A stretch of DNA of 64,000 nucleotides, taken from NCBI GenBank assembly GCA_030141605.1, contig JAQGDQ010000041.1, positions 620,001 through 684,000 on the forward strand. Direction: 5' to 3'. Under the pieces are notes generated by a model that ran no database searches, was not told where the DNA came from, and saw only the letters and a program-made list of their open reading frames with translations. Each line of letters begins with the position of its first letter. The first letter of the stretch is position 1. The position numbers were made by a program, and so were the translations under genes. The stretch comes from Tubiluchus corallicola (taxonomy: Eukaryota; Animalia; Priapulida). Shown here in pieces: positions 1 to 14,900 of this stretch.

Positions 1-3000
1 CGTTTCGTCCACTTATTAAAATAGGGCGAAGAGCTGGAGTCTCGGCATACCCTATAGCAGCTCTCTGGGCGGGGTTAGGTTATTCAACTAGCAGTTGACG
101 AAGCAGTAACGCCTTTAAGAATCATTGGCCTTTTAGTTTCTTAGATCTTTTCCTGTTGATAGCCTATGCAAAATTTCGAAAAAAACTATTAGGCCGTATT
201 GCAGCATGGTGTAAAAGTAGTTTTTAACAATTATAGTCTTTTGGCTCTATAATGCGGTGAACTGCTTTATTAATTGAGTTATTCTTGGGCAAACTGTAGC
301 TTCGTTTTAAATAAGACCAAAAGTCGGAATAAACTAATGAATTAACTAGTCTGTTGATTATCATATAAAACAAATGTTAAAACCAAATGCTTTACTGCAA
401 AGTACAAGACTGTTTCAAACTGCATTTTCATTTCAGCCTAAATGCTTTCAATAAAGATAATTTCATAAAACGCGGACCTAGATTAGATGCCTTCTGACTG
501 GCTAATACTAAAGTAAATTAAAGGCAATTTTGTCAATTCGGTAGTACAGAGATTTCCCTCGCATCTCCACATAGTTCAAAATTGGTTTGTTCTAACTGTT
601 CTGTTAACCAAGTTTTCATTTTTAGGCTATTTGCCTGTGTAGTAACTTTACAGAGCCGTCTGCTTCGCTGTGATGCCGGTCTGGTTCTAATTCATGTAAT
701 GAGTTTTAGCCAGTTTTATAATGTGACGTTACAATAGAGAGTTACTTCTATTCTAAACTTTTACGATGAAAAGGATTTTATAATAACTATACATGCACAG
801 TGTTAATTAGCCTAAGCCTAGTCCTACACGGTCACGCGACCGCAATGCATCAATTCGGCCAAATTTTTCAAGTTTAATGTTTATTAGGACAACTTACATA
901 GGACTAATTCCGAAACTCTGCAAAAAGGATTATAGCATCTCTAGCGGATTTTATTGGAGTAACACAAAAACATTGGAATTATAATAATCCCTTTATAGTA
1001 ATTACAGATAAGACGATTTATATAAGCACTGTTTTTATAATGGTGATATCGGTACCTGTTATACAAGACATAGCACGTACACAGCAGTAGCATGATGACA
1101 ATAGTTTGTCATTACTACAAGGTATATGATATATATCTTATATTACAGTCGGCGTATTTGTTAAGTGTACAAAACGGTGACATATTCCAGCCGTTGCAGC
1201 TGTTGGAGAAAAACCGAAATAAAACAGACCTCTTCACATGCCGTGTAAACATCAAAACTGCCTTGCAGTACAAATTACGTACTTTCCTGAGATAAGATGG
1301 AAAATTCCTAGAGTTTCTGGTTTACACAGAATAACCTACAACATTTCAAGGTTTTCGTAATACTTGGATTTTTTATTTTTAAAAGGCGTCAGTGTGTCTA
1401 GAAACTCGAGAGCTCTGGTTTCAGAAGCCACGCCCAAAACGTCTGTAAAGTTTCAACGCAGCTTTTTCGTTTGATGCATGCATGAAGAAAAATCGCGTCA
1501 GCGCAAGAAGTTTAAAGCAATGTTTATAATAAGGAAAAATATCGCAAAATAGTTGCCATCATAATAAAGATACTTTTTTGTATTAGACGTGGTTGTTAAT
1601 TATTATTACATGTGTGACAGCAAAAAGTATTATTATTGAATTAATACAGAAGCTAGTGTAATTTTAGATCAGAAAACGATGTTATTTAGCGTGTTTCTTG
1701 TTTAACGTGACTTTTCTTTTTATCAATACTTTTTATTCATTTATTTAGGATTATTTTGCGGAGACATCGAACAAGAATCAGAAGATATTATGCGGTCCGC
1801 CAATAAGGCTGCATTATTTTCTATTTTTAATGGCGCAAGGTTGATTTTCGTGGTAAACAGTATGAAAGGTGCTCAAGATGTGTTTATATTTGGAGTTAAA
1901 AAAATTTGATCAAAGAGTCTCACACTATCATTTTTAATACCGTATTAATGAAAATTCAAAGAAACTGGATTTTGGCAAAGAGCTGCAGCAAAATTAAGTC
2001 GCATTATTTTTTAAATTTCCCCAGCCTGCTGTCTACAGCCAAAGAAAAACACAATGTTGCAGTTTATGTAGAAACAGTACCGGAAAAACGTGAATCAATG
2101 TATACCTAAGTAAACGTGTGTGATACGCATAGAAAACGTGGTGTGAAAACATACATGTTCAAAATTACATTCCCGTAAATAGGTTTCTCTAGAGTTTTTC
2201 GTTTGCTTTTTTCTTTTCCTCAAACAAAATGTAAACAAGTTACAAACAGACAGGTTACTAATTTTTGAATCTCTATATCACTGGCATGGCATCATTAAAC
2301 TGACAGAGAAAAAATTCACATTCTAGCACTAGCATAGCAGCTGAACACAGAGTTTTCTGATCTTTACTAGCAGTCCTAATCATCATACCACCATCATAGC
2401 AACTTTCTCATATCTAACAATAGTCTCACTACCCACTCCATAACTTCAATACTCCGAGCAAAATTTCCACAGATGTATAGCCTTTTTTTTCTTCAAAGTC
2501 CATCATCCTACGGTTTCATAGCCTATGATACAGAAAAATAAAATTTATCAGCTCTTCTCTGCACAAAAGTGTTTATAAACGTTCAGTGGAGCACATCAGC
2601 TGATAAATTGCATGCAAAACGTTAAGCTAATTTTTAGCCTTCAGACCTAATAGAGCTGTAACTTGAGTAACTAGTAAACACATTTATGGGGGTCATAAAA
2701 AACACCAGCAGCTGCAGAATGACAGACATACTGGACCATGGTGAGTGATGCTGCTTTATAGACGTGCGCGCTAGTAGTATAGATCCTCCACCTTTCCATC
2801 ACATTTCTGATCGAGTCAATTCACCGGCCCACGAGGGAACATTCAGCAGCTCACTGAATGATACAGGAACACAGGACAATGACGAATGAAACGTCTCGTA
2901 TTGTACTTATAAAAATCTTGTTAACAATATAAGGGTTTTACTTTTGTATCACATTTCTGTGCCAATTTTTGGCTCTGAGAAAAGCACAAATGTTAAAAAT

Positions 3001-3097
3001 TGAACCATTTAATTGCCCATGTAAATGAAAAAATGAAAATAGCTCATTATTGCAGCAATCAGTTAAGTTCCATGCAACTATAGGATGAATTTAACAG

Positions 3098-3129
<32 letters not shown>

Positions 3130-3148
3130 ATGAAAAATAATCGTTTAT

Positions 3149-3190
<42 letters not shown>

Positions 3191-3227
3191 ATATATATAT
3201 ATATAGTTAAACGATTATTTTTCATTA
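3098..3227. repeat. (TA)n microsatellite enclosed by a perfect 20-bp inverted repeat
   Basis: TAATGAAAAATAATCGTTTA (3128-3147) and its reverse complement TAAACGATTATTTTTCATTA (3208-3227) flank TA runs. Confidence 0.9.
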
Positions 3228-4700
3228 CTTCTCAGAACTGTTCAGAATATACAACACACATTAATAAAAATAAACAGTGAAAAATGACGTTACAACCTGT
3301 GCTCTAACTGATCACCGTGCCTATTCTGTGATTACATTCTTTTGCATATAATATTTTCCATTGTAATCGAATATGGATATTTAAAATATAAGATTGGCAA
3401 AAACGTTGTGATTTCTCTTCCTTTTTTAACTTCAGGACTCTTATTTGTATCTTTCTTGCCATTAAAAATAATCTAGTTGATACACTAATAACTCTTTAGA
3501 TAGGAAACAATTTGGTTAAAATAATAAACAAGTGCAGCTAGAAAGGGGAACAGCAAGTGACTGCAGTGTGTGCTTAGCAGCTGCAGCTAAGCAACACTAA
3601 ACCTGGCTGAAACATGGAAACTCTCCTTTGTTTCAACTCCAATTACTTGTGCAGTGCCTGGCGAAATAAAAAATTCGTTATGAATAAGTACTTCTTGCTT
3701 ATAACAATATAATACAACGTTTATTACAATGATATAATAAAAAAAAGATATTTACACATAATATAAATGCCTGTCACTTAAATACTATAATTTAACATAG
3801 ACGCAAAAGCCCACTAAGTATTTGCTTCTACAAAAATACAGTGATCACATCATTTTTTATAAAATGGTCACATTTGCTAAACAAGGTAGAACACATCACG
3901 GTATCATACAACACATAAGCTTTTTAGAGGGACATTAATGAAATGGCTATTACCTTGCTGCTGACATCTTCTTATCTTATTGTACTAACAATTGTGTAGC
4001 ATCTTTTCCTAGTTGCTATGCTTGCAATCTTTGTTCTTACAAAGATTGCAAGCTTGGCATCAGACAGAAAATTTCTAACTTTAGCATATTCTAAATTTAG
4101 TCACACACACTAATTAGCCTTTAGTGAAAATCCTTAAACCAGTAAGCTACTGTTTGCAATATTCAAGTTGATGCAGTTAAACAGAAATCCTAAAACCATC
4201 AATGTATCAATATTTTTAACGCATTACGCAACAGCATTGCCATATAGTTTTTTCTGGTTCGGTTTTATGCTGTGCCAGAAAAAGCATAAATAATGCTCAG
4301 TTCGTAAAGCAAGCACTATGTCCTGGTACTAATAGCTGTAACTAAAACACCTAGCCATTGTCAACCAGTACAGTCAGTACTACAAAATCAAACAGACATG
4401 TAGTGTAGGTTCACAATGGCTTGGTTTTTTAGCTACAGATGGCAGCACCCGAACATAGTGTTTGCCTTAGAAAGTAAGTACTCCTGCAGTAAATTTAATC
4501 ATTTCGAATAATCACTGCATAAACGTTTTGTAGTTGAAATTCGCACTGCCAGAATATTACATCATGAAGGAATAACTATTGAAACTGATTCAGTTATTAG
4601 GACTTCTGAACATATAGTTTATATGTATACAAAATTGTAATTACAGAATTGTGACAGCATTTATATACATCATCTACAATGTCTGCAAATCTAAGCTCTG

Positions 4701-5889
4701 TCAATGCCACACTCCCTTCGATTTCCAGTCAAACATGGTATCTAAATCATCCTCATCGACATCACCAACGTCTTCCATATATCCTGCAGGCTGCGTGACT
4801 TTGCTTTGAATTTTAGCTTTCATTTCATCTTGCTTCTTCTCTAAAGCTTCTATCTTCTGCCAACCAGCCCTGAAAAAAACAATTACACACTGATGAAGTG
4901 CTGTGAAAATTTAATGGTGTTTATGCCAGGGTTACCACTTGCTAAGCAAACACTTTTGACTATAAATACTTAAAACAGCTAATTAGGCTTCAATGATAAC
5001 AAGTTCACGATATTCCTTGATTTCAAATAAACCACTTTCCACTTACCATAATGCATTAAGTAACTGATAAAAGTGCAACATTTTTAGACTGAAATTAATA
5101 TAAAAGAGATTAAACACAATTCAGTCAAACAAAAATAAAGTGATTATTACTGAAGTTGCTCTGCTTCAATCCTTCCAACAATAGGCACAAAAACATTAAC
5201 ACTAGTTGAAAACTTAAGCTAGAAAAGAAGTTAAATGATTGTTCTACAGTTTTAATATCAATATTAAACACAGAATTTTGCTTCCTAAGTTCTCTACTTA
5301 TTTTTCATTTTAGCATTCTGTTAGCCAGGACTATTCAGTAGTAAAGTGCATTTAATAGAGACAGCTGAAGAGAATCCAAAACCTTGCAAATTATTAAGGT
5401 CAGTCCTGTAAGAGGTGCTAACCATGCTCAACAGTGCTTAATGTTAGTCATTCTGGACACATACCATTTAGTTATTTTTTGCTCCTACTATTGAAACACA
5501 GTAGTCCTGCACTCAGTGAAAGAGTTTCTAACTGTACATGTAGGCCAGCACATATGATTGTGTACCATATGCTTTGTGTTTACAATAGGTGATAGCAAGC
5601 ACAATCACATGCATACATATTATAGTTGAAGGCCGTTACATTAAATGAAAGGCTTTTTTCAAGGACTGAAGCAAGAGGAATAGTCGAGTGTTCACATCTG
5701 ATGGGGTGCAAGATTAAACAATATCAGGCTTGATTAGCAGATGGATGGGTTACAGATTTACTTTTGGACACTTCATCTGATATACTACTACTTTTTTCTT
5801 TTAATGAGGAAACACGCATATGCATCTTAATGTGACTGAGATACTTTTGGCATCATCTGGCATCTTCTTCTTCTAATAATAATAATAAT

Positions 5890-5943
<54 letters not shown>

Positions 5944-8900
5944 AATAATTATAATAATAATAATAATAACAATAAAATAATAATAAGATTTATTTTGTAT
6001 AGCTTCTAAATCTATACGCAGCACGATTGACAATATTCAAAGACTCAAATATTCAAAATCATAGAAAATTGTTCTTGATAACTGACCACTGACCCCGCCA
6101 CAGTGTTGTCCACATTAAGTGGGCTCTCATGATGAGTGCAAGTTCTTGAAGCAGAATGCCAAATTGCCTAAAAAGCTCCAGACAACACAGATATTAATTA
6201 AGCAGAGTCTTGGAACATGTGACACTGTGTTGAAGGTACTTCAGTTCTTGTGAGAAACAAAAGAAATAATCTAGTCTAGTCGAAACAAAAGTAAAACCTT
6301 GTGAAAGTGCTTTAATTGAAAGTTTTCCATGTCACAAATTTCATATGCTAGTGCTATCTGTTGGTCAGTTGGCAACACAAGCACATTTTTTTTATAATTT
6401 TCAAAAATTGAAACTGCAACGTAATGAACTTTACACAAGCCTCAAAATGAACTTTTATAAAATTATCACTAGACATTTTACGAGAAAATTAACAACCCCA
6501 ATATGCAAACTTAGAAGAAAGCTGTACTTTTTTAGGAATCAAGTTGCGGAAAGTCGATAAAAACCATTTAACAGAATACAGACAGAATAATGGGTTTATA
6601 ATTTCACAACCACGAAAACCCAGTGCTTTAAATGGCTTACTCAAACTATCTGACATTAAAATTCTGACAGTTAACTGAATGTTGTAATCACAATTGTTAT
6701 GAGCCCTGTCTTCTTCCTGAGTGCATTATCTACCATGCAATGTTGCGGGTGGTGTGCAGAAAGATCCAGAATAATTGTGTAGTATCTAGATATCTTTATA
6801 CATAACAGTGTAGCATTTTCTGGGAAAATGTGTAAACCATTGCTGTCTTTCTATGTTCTGCGACCTTCAGTAATTATATAAATAAGACAGACATAATTAG
6901 CATGCAGTGCAGATAACAGGCAAATACATGTAAAGCGTTTTTACTGTGTGAAGGTGCATGTGTTTTATAACTGCTACTGTGTTTACCATTTGTGCACTTC
7001 CATAATTATGTTAATTACTGCTTGGACTGTGCTCTCTTATTTCAATTGTTTCATTGTAAGTAGTTTTATGTAATTATTTTCACAATAATTGCTTTGTTAG
7101 TAATTAATGAAAAACCATTTTGTTTGTTGGTTTCACTCTCCAAATGAGATCTACTTTATTCTGCCCGTGTTTGAGCACATAACAGAATAAACAGAACATC
7201 ATACTATGATACCATGACATAATGAGTGCAGTACTGTGGAGATAGTACGAGCATTGTTGTAAACACAAAACTGTGGTCACAATACCACTGATTTGATGCT
7301 GACACGTACTGTGGACAAGAAGTGGAAGATTAGAACACCGGCACCTGATTCCTAAACATAAAAAAATTCTTGCTGCTACAATTGAAAATTTGATTTTTTG
7401 GTAACATCTCGCACATCCTTAAAGGCATCATGCATAATGTTTGGCTTCCTTAATGAAAGCTCACTTAGTGACATGCATGTTAATCCGCTTCCTTATAATG
7501 TGCTATTGAGGTAACTTATGATAGAAGAAAAATAGTGCAAGTTAATAAAGGATATATGGAGTGATATCAAGAAAACAAAAGATAAAATCTTTTTTTCTGC
7601 AAACTGTTTAACATGAAATACCCACATTTGCTCATCTATTTCTTCTATTTGTCGCTCTGCCATATTTATTTCTGTGTCTTCTTCTATGATTGCTTCTGAT
7701 ACCTTCAACATACATTAATTGTTACACAGAGTTTTACATTAATAGTTGCACAAATGTTTAAACTTTTCAGATATACACATGTTATTCGGAAGCCCATATT
7801 TTTGTCAACTGCACTTTTTCTTCAACACGCAATCAGAAGAGAAAGCAAACTTCAACAAAGTAACAAACAATAGGCTAACCGTATAAATGTTACAGTCACT
7901 CAGAACCCTAAACTTTGTAAAATCGGCCAGTTTCTGGTTAGCTTAGTGTAAATTAGTTTATTAGTAAACTAAATGTATGCATAAAACACAATGAACGGCT
8001 AACACAATATTGTAAGCTAGACAAAAACATTAATTTAGAAGAAAACAACGTTATAGTAACACTAAGTAATTACATTTAATAAGCATGACTGTTTATATCT
8101 GAGCTAAAGAAAAACTGAAGATGTTTGGTTAGATTATTGGGAAACTGGTGAGATTATTTACAATTAAACTTGAATAAAGAAAGATGTGTAATAAGTACAA
8201 GCAAAACAAAAAGCAGTGATGTCAATAACAGTGAAATTTGAATGTGGGTGCTAGGTACTTGAATATTAAACCATTGCCAAAGAACTCAGTCAAATAAAAC
8301 GGCAATGACGAATTTATGTACATTGCATGACGAATAAAAAGACACCAAATAATTAAAGAATGTAGTAAGATGTTAAGCCTTCAGTATAACTACTGACTGA
8401 AACAAGCTGAGTGCAACACATTCTACTATTTCCTTTGGGCTACACTCATGTCATATCCAAACAGAATAACTGTTTTTAAGTACTTTTCCTTACATGAGAT
8501 TCCTCTTTGATAGCTTTCTGAAAACTCTCCCATTCATCTTGTAATGGATCTTTTAATTCCACTTTTCTAACCTGTAAGAAACCACTTAGTAAAAAAATGA
8601 ATATATGTGTATGATCTTATAATAGTGTCAAACTTATAATTTAACAATTAGATTTCAATTTTCTTTAGAGAGTTCTTTGGTTCAGTGCCCAGAATAATGA
8701 AATCTCTAAGAGTAAGTATTGAGCCCTTAGGCCTAAAAATCACCTATCCATTTATTGACCAATTGCAAAGGTTTATTGCTCAACTTCAATCGCAAAGCAC
8801 ACACCTTGACCACATGACTATTCACCATGCCCGAATAATATTAAAATACACGAAAAGAATATGTAGTAATTTAGATGAGTTACAAGTGGAATAAATGACA

Positions 8901-11900
8901 CTCTTCCTGCATCAGTTTGCATTAGTTCTTTTCCTAAAGTTGATAGTTCCAGAAGTTAAGCGATTAATTGTACATTGTGGGATACAACTTTTGGTACATA
9001 CGGCATCACAAATTTAATTTTGCTTGTCAGCTTTTGTACGATTTGAGTAGGAAAAATCAAGCCACAAACTACATTTAATTCCTTGCAACATAAGTTAGTT
9101 TGTTCAAAATGTTTTGAAATAATTATCAGGGAATGAAACAAACAATTCAAAAATCTCAAAAAAGAAAAACAAATATTTTAGAGCCGCATACTTTGGCATC
9201 TAACACAGGATCATCAAAGAAGCCTTCTGGCAAATCTTCCGTCTTGGTAACTTTAATGGAAACAGCAAGATTATCTTCTGCACTATCATGCACTTCTTCA
9301 TTGTTTTCATTGTTGCCAAAAAAATCTGAAATTTGTGCAAACTTCACAATTTTTGTAAAACACATACAGAAAAATAAAGTTCAACTTAAGTACAACATTT
9401 GTCTGACCGTAATTTATAACCTTATAAGGTTGAAAAAAGAATCCTCATGTTTACTAGAATATCATAACTGCTCAGAGTTTGCCTAAAACTGACAAGGAAG
9501 CCACCAGAATGCCATAGTTACTTGTCATCAAGATTCACAAGTAAATGTAAACAACACTGCAGATAAAACTGGCATTTTTTTGCTTTTATGAAATGAATTA
9601 AAGAGTTTTTGGCATGGACTAGGTCTTTTTGCAAAGTATAGATGGACTGGGTTCAATTCGCATTCAAACTTGTCTAATCCGATAAATTATTATATTCTAG
9701 TAATATTTACTAATTTTACCTGAAGGTAAAACAGCTCTTTGAGCAGCTGTCAAAGTGGACTTTCCCACATTTTTTGTCAATTCTTTAGTCTCTTCTTCAC
9801 CTTCTGAATCTGAATACGTGCTAATAAGATTCTGGGTGATCCCTGATTTTGGTTTTGCAGAACTGTCAAAAAAATTTACTTGTACACTAGGAAAGAATAA
9901 GTGCGTATTTTTAATAGGAGAATTATGTAGTTAAAACAAAAATATTGCAAGTTATTTATTTATCAAGTAAGAAGAGTAGATAATGCCATCAATAATAAAT
10001 TTATGGTATTTGTTGCATGTGATCAATCAGGGGTTATGTAATAGTCAAGAAGTGAAACGCCTTATTTATCTTGCCATTAATGTCTGTACCGTGTAGCAAA
10101 CTGGAATTTTCTTTCATCACAATACAATTATACTTTCTCTATAATAACCTTCATTATAATTTCATTATTATCTTGGCTGATGATTATGCATGTACTGACG
10201 CAAGATTATGCTAAATGTAAAAATGTCATGATATTTGGTCGAAAAACACAAGCAAAGAAAATCATCTGGAAAAGAAATAAAGTGACTGTAAAAATTTCTA
10301 ACATAAAAAGCACATTACATTTATGAAAGTACAAAAGTTAAAGGGGAAGAAAAAGGAATTTTAAAATATATCCCAAAAAACTTTACAGACAAAGTTATAT
10401 TACTTGGCATAGAGCTTACCTCTTTTAAAGACTTATGTAATTGGAAAAAAATTCTTAATAATTTAAAATGTTCCTGCCCACTGGCAAGACGTCACTTCAT
10501 CACCATCCCTCTTGGCACCACTAATTCACCAAGAAACACATTACTGATCTTCTTCTCGACAAATATAAAGTGTTATTATTTGCTTAGTTAGCAAAGAGTG
10601 TGCTGCAAATGTTCTCAATATTTTTTCACACTTTACGCAATGTTATCTAAACTTGTTTCAAATGATTTACCATTAAATTGCCTAACAGTTATCACAGGTG
10701 TTTAAATTTACAAGTTTTAAACAGCGTTACTGCTAATGCAAACCCTGTAAGCCGTAAGACAGCATGTAAGTGACATAAAATTTTAAGAAGAGCTTTTTAA
10801 GGTTTATTTATGAAGAATGCTTTCTGGTGTTTTAAGAAAGCTAACAAGACAAGTAACTGATAAAATCATGCGTTGTACAAATTAAACAGTGCTCACATTT
10901 AATTTTCTATATACGTTCATACGTTTTCACGTCTTTGCTTTAACTATTACTTTGACATACCTGCTTCTTGGCTTGCTTTCGGGCACCACAATACCTATCA
11001 CAAAATAAATGCGATTTAAGTTACATCTTTTGACGCAAACTGCTTTACAATTGTTAAGCATTAGAAATACCATATGCCCACTGCACTTGTTCCACATGAC
11101 TTTTATGACCCTTTAACATCATGATTATCAGTGAGCTGCTTAAGGCTTAAGCGGAGAAATGCAGCAAATATTTTTATTCAGCCTATGCAACACTTTTATT
11201 AAATTATATGTAGCAATTATTTGAAGACCTATTTTAAAATCCTTTGTTTTTTTTGTAACCCTTAAAGGTCCACATTCCGAGAGGTTAATGTTGAGTGGGG
11301 ATAATTTTTAAAACTTGTTCAAAAAGCTTCTGTATTGTTATTCATTTTGCTTTTCTTGTTCTTCATAGGATCTATGATAAAAATAAAAACAAGACTGTGA
11401 GTTCTAAATTTAACATAATAAAATTTTCAAGAATAAAGCAAGAGGCAAGACGCATTAGATTTTGAAAATCATTAACTGATCTATCATTTCAACTGGCACT
11501 GTCAAACAATTATTAAGGATCACAGTGCAACGCATTCCTGATAAACTGGCAGAACATGACATTTCGACTAGGTGCTTGACAAAGCAAACACAGCACGATT
11601 TAAACTACTGCTTGTCTTTTCAAATATCCGGGAAACTTATAAAAAGCTCCACTAAAATTTTCGACTGCAGCAGTCTGCTCGTTTTCAAAATTTTTCTTTC
11701 TCATTCTTGATCTAATAAGTCACGTATTGGCTAGGGATTTTTGTTTGCTTTCCAAATAACTAATTTTTACTCATCTTGAACCAAACATTTTTGCTTGTGT
11801 GATTTTGACAAGTTGAGAGTAAAGTAAAAGAAGCTTCTAAATTCCAAATAGTGGGTGCATGGGGTACAAACACAACTGCGCCCTTCAAAAGGCAAGCAAT

Positions 11901-14900
11901 GATCTAAAACATGTACAATGCATGTGTAATTTACTACATGTAAAGTCAAAAATCAAAAATCTTAGGAAGTTGAGTTTATTTTAATATTTGAGAAAACTGC
12001 CAGAAACTTTTAGCAATAAAATTGTGATAAATGCCTTGTGTAATTAGTAAAATCTATTTAAAGTCATAATCACTTCATGTTTGGGGCTCTCTAATTTTCA
12101 ACGACAAAATGGTGCCACACAGTTACCGTGCAATATAAACATATCCCGCCACGTGCTTGAGCAAACTTTTTTGCAGCAGTACTTACTAATATCAACTACA
12201 AACAAAACAAAATGCTAAACAAGAGATTAATGCTACTTTTTGCTTTTTGATGAATCCTGTTGCCCTCTATGTAATGAAAACTAGTTATCAATGATAATAT
12301 CCAAGTCCACAAGCTTACATATTTTTTTTTTCAAATAGACATGGAACGAGGTTTGTTTGGCAATTTAAATATTTTTAAGTGTATGGGCCGAGGGCTGGTT
12401 TTTCTTTAATGAATCAAGGAAGTTGTTTTAACATAATATAAATTACTCTTTTGCTTTTTTTGCTGCACCAGCTCTATTAGGTCACTGCTCTTCCGTTTGA
12501 CAGTTGATGGAGGATTAGTAATTTGTGTTTTTCTGTCAACTGGAGAATCAGACTGAGTCTTCAAAGCGTGCACACTCTAGAAAAAAAACATATGCTTATA
12601 ATAAGACACTGTGGTCTACACCAGAATAATCTAGGTAGATAATTAATATTTCATTCATTGTTAAGCACGTGATCACAAATGTCTAGAGTATTCACATCTT
12701 CTTTCCTCTTTTCACGACTCACTAATTTACTTCTTCTTTTATAACTATCACACTTATAGTGCTTGTATATCTCGAATATTGGTGAACAAAATGTTTATGT
12801 TAAGTTGTTAATTTCTAATCTAATCAAGAAATATTTAATATTCTATTCATTATCATGTGCAAAGAGACAATGGGCCTGCAGTTTGAGTAGTCAATGTGTC
12901 TTTAATACAAGCGATCGAGAAGTTATTGACTTTAAACGTGCATTGTTGTAGCTGGTTCCAAAAACGACTATATACATATATTTGAACCAACATGCAGTAA
13001 ATTATTATTGACTATCTCATTGAAACTAAACAAAAGAAAAATGATGGATCATGCCTACCTCTTTGTGTGTTCTGCCATTAACATGTGCAGTCCATAAAAT
13101 ATCTGATTTTATTTGTGTTGTGCATATAGTACAATACAGCTGACCTACACTGTTATACGTTCAGAAAAATTAAGGAAAAACAGGTACTCATAAACTATAC
13201 GTACAGCCATATAATCCAGTAATGCCTGGACCACACCTCCATGTGAAAAAGAAAATGATAAATGCATCTTTACTGATTACATGTACTGTAGCTACAGTGA
13301 GGTCTCTCTGGCTAGTTTTGCTCATAGATATATTCAGCTGACAGTTTGTCCAGTTGCCAGTAGTACTGATCACCACCGTTTATATCATATTTCCTGCTAA
13401 TGGTGCACTTTTCTGTTTGGGATGTCATTAGGGGATGTAAAATGCCCTGAATTTTTTTTTTGGTTGACAGCTACTGGTTAGCGGATTTGTTGTTTTTGTG
13501 AAAGAGTAACTTCCAGCAGTCTTGTCCACGATCAACAATAATCATAAAAAGTTTGCTAGCATTTATCATTTCACAATTTCTGATAAGGAAGAGTTTCTAC
13601 AGTCTTTATATCGGGAACAGCATCAAAAATTTCGGAAGGTAGGTTTTCAGCTAGAGGTATATAGAGTGATCATCTAAAAAATACTATATTCAGTTTAACT
13701 GTTAATCCTTGTGCTGTTGCTTTGACTATTGTTAAGTGGCCATGTATACCAGCTGATAAGAGTCGAAATCTGCACTAATATCGGACAATTATATTAGTGT
13801 TTGTTTTACCATGCTGACACATCTACAGATCTGCTTTGTTTACTAGCTCATTAACATAGCAAAGGTATTCTATTGTTCATCTTCAAAAGCAGTTCAAAAT
13901 TTTTTTTCAAATAATGGCAATAATTAGAAAATTAAGAAGATAAATATTATTCATCACTTGTGAAGCCATCATAACAAAACAGAGTATTGGAATTCCTAGC
14001 CAAGTGATTTCGAATAGCATGAGACCGCCTTCAGAGACATCTAACATCACAATGTCCGAGGCTGTTAGTTCAATCCCGTTCATCTCTATTATGGATTTAT
14101 GATTGTTTATATGAGGTGCTATATATATACATTTCACACAATTTTACTTCAGGTGTATTAGTAGCACTATTACCTAGTACTTTAGTAACTGCGTGGTTAT
14201 TTGTTAGTTACATATACTTGTATAGCATTTATATCTAAGCAGACTGCACAACTGCTTGTGTATGAATATGATAAAGCTGACTTAGTAACTGCTTGTAGCA
14301 TGTTATGAAATAAGCGCTCTATATGAATATGCAACGATGCGCATTTTCCGAACAGAATAACAATTTTTAATATAGACTTTAATGGAACCCCCTCTCCCAA
14401 TTTTGAAAGACTTCTCTGAATTTTCAACAACTGCTACCTAGATAGAAACATCCCATAAAATGTGATCACAGCGAGACAATTTCTCTTCCCTTTGCCAGAA
14501 ATAAAATTGTCATCTATCGTCCTGGATAAACAATGCTTTTTGGTTGATTTGTAGGGCTGCATTGTTGTAGGAGCTTGTTGTAGTGTCATAATTAATATCT
14601 ATGACTGTTAGAACACTTTGGTTTGGTGCTCTTTTATGCAGTATGCCTTAATTTGTAAGTGTGCTGCTCTTTAAATTGGAATAAAGCCATAATTATTGTA
14701 ATCTGTAACTCTTTATTTATGGTTATAACTGATCTTATTTTAAGATAATAGTACAGCTATAAACAGATGTACCTAAATTGATTTATCATAGTTGCCTATT
14801 TCACATTCCAGCAAGTCTGGGTGCCAGAATATAGATCTCATTTTAAGTCTGTAAAATGCCATTAAATGCAGAAAAATCTAATGGCAACAAAACCGGACTG

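Noticed and set aside
2245-2270. CAG|GT followed by Sm-like AATTTTTG (spliced-leader RNA?)
   Set aside because: Motifs are too short and no supporting stem-loops are visible
1-2900. Relatively CpG-rich patches and short ORFs at the window start
   Set aside because: Could be transposon ends or a promoter, but I found no paired TIRs, exon chain or protein homology
5827-6033. ORF encoding poly-Ile/poly-Val
   Set aside because: Translation of the (AAT)/(AAC) microsatellite
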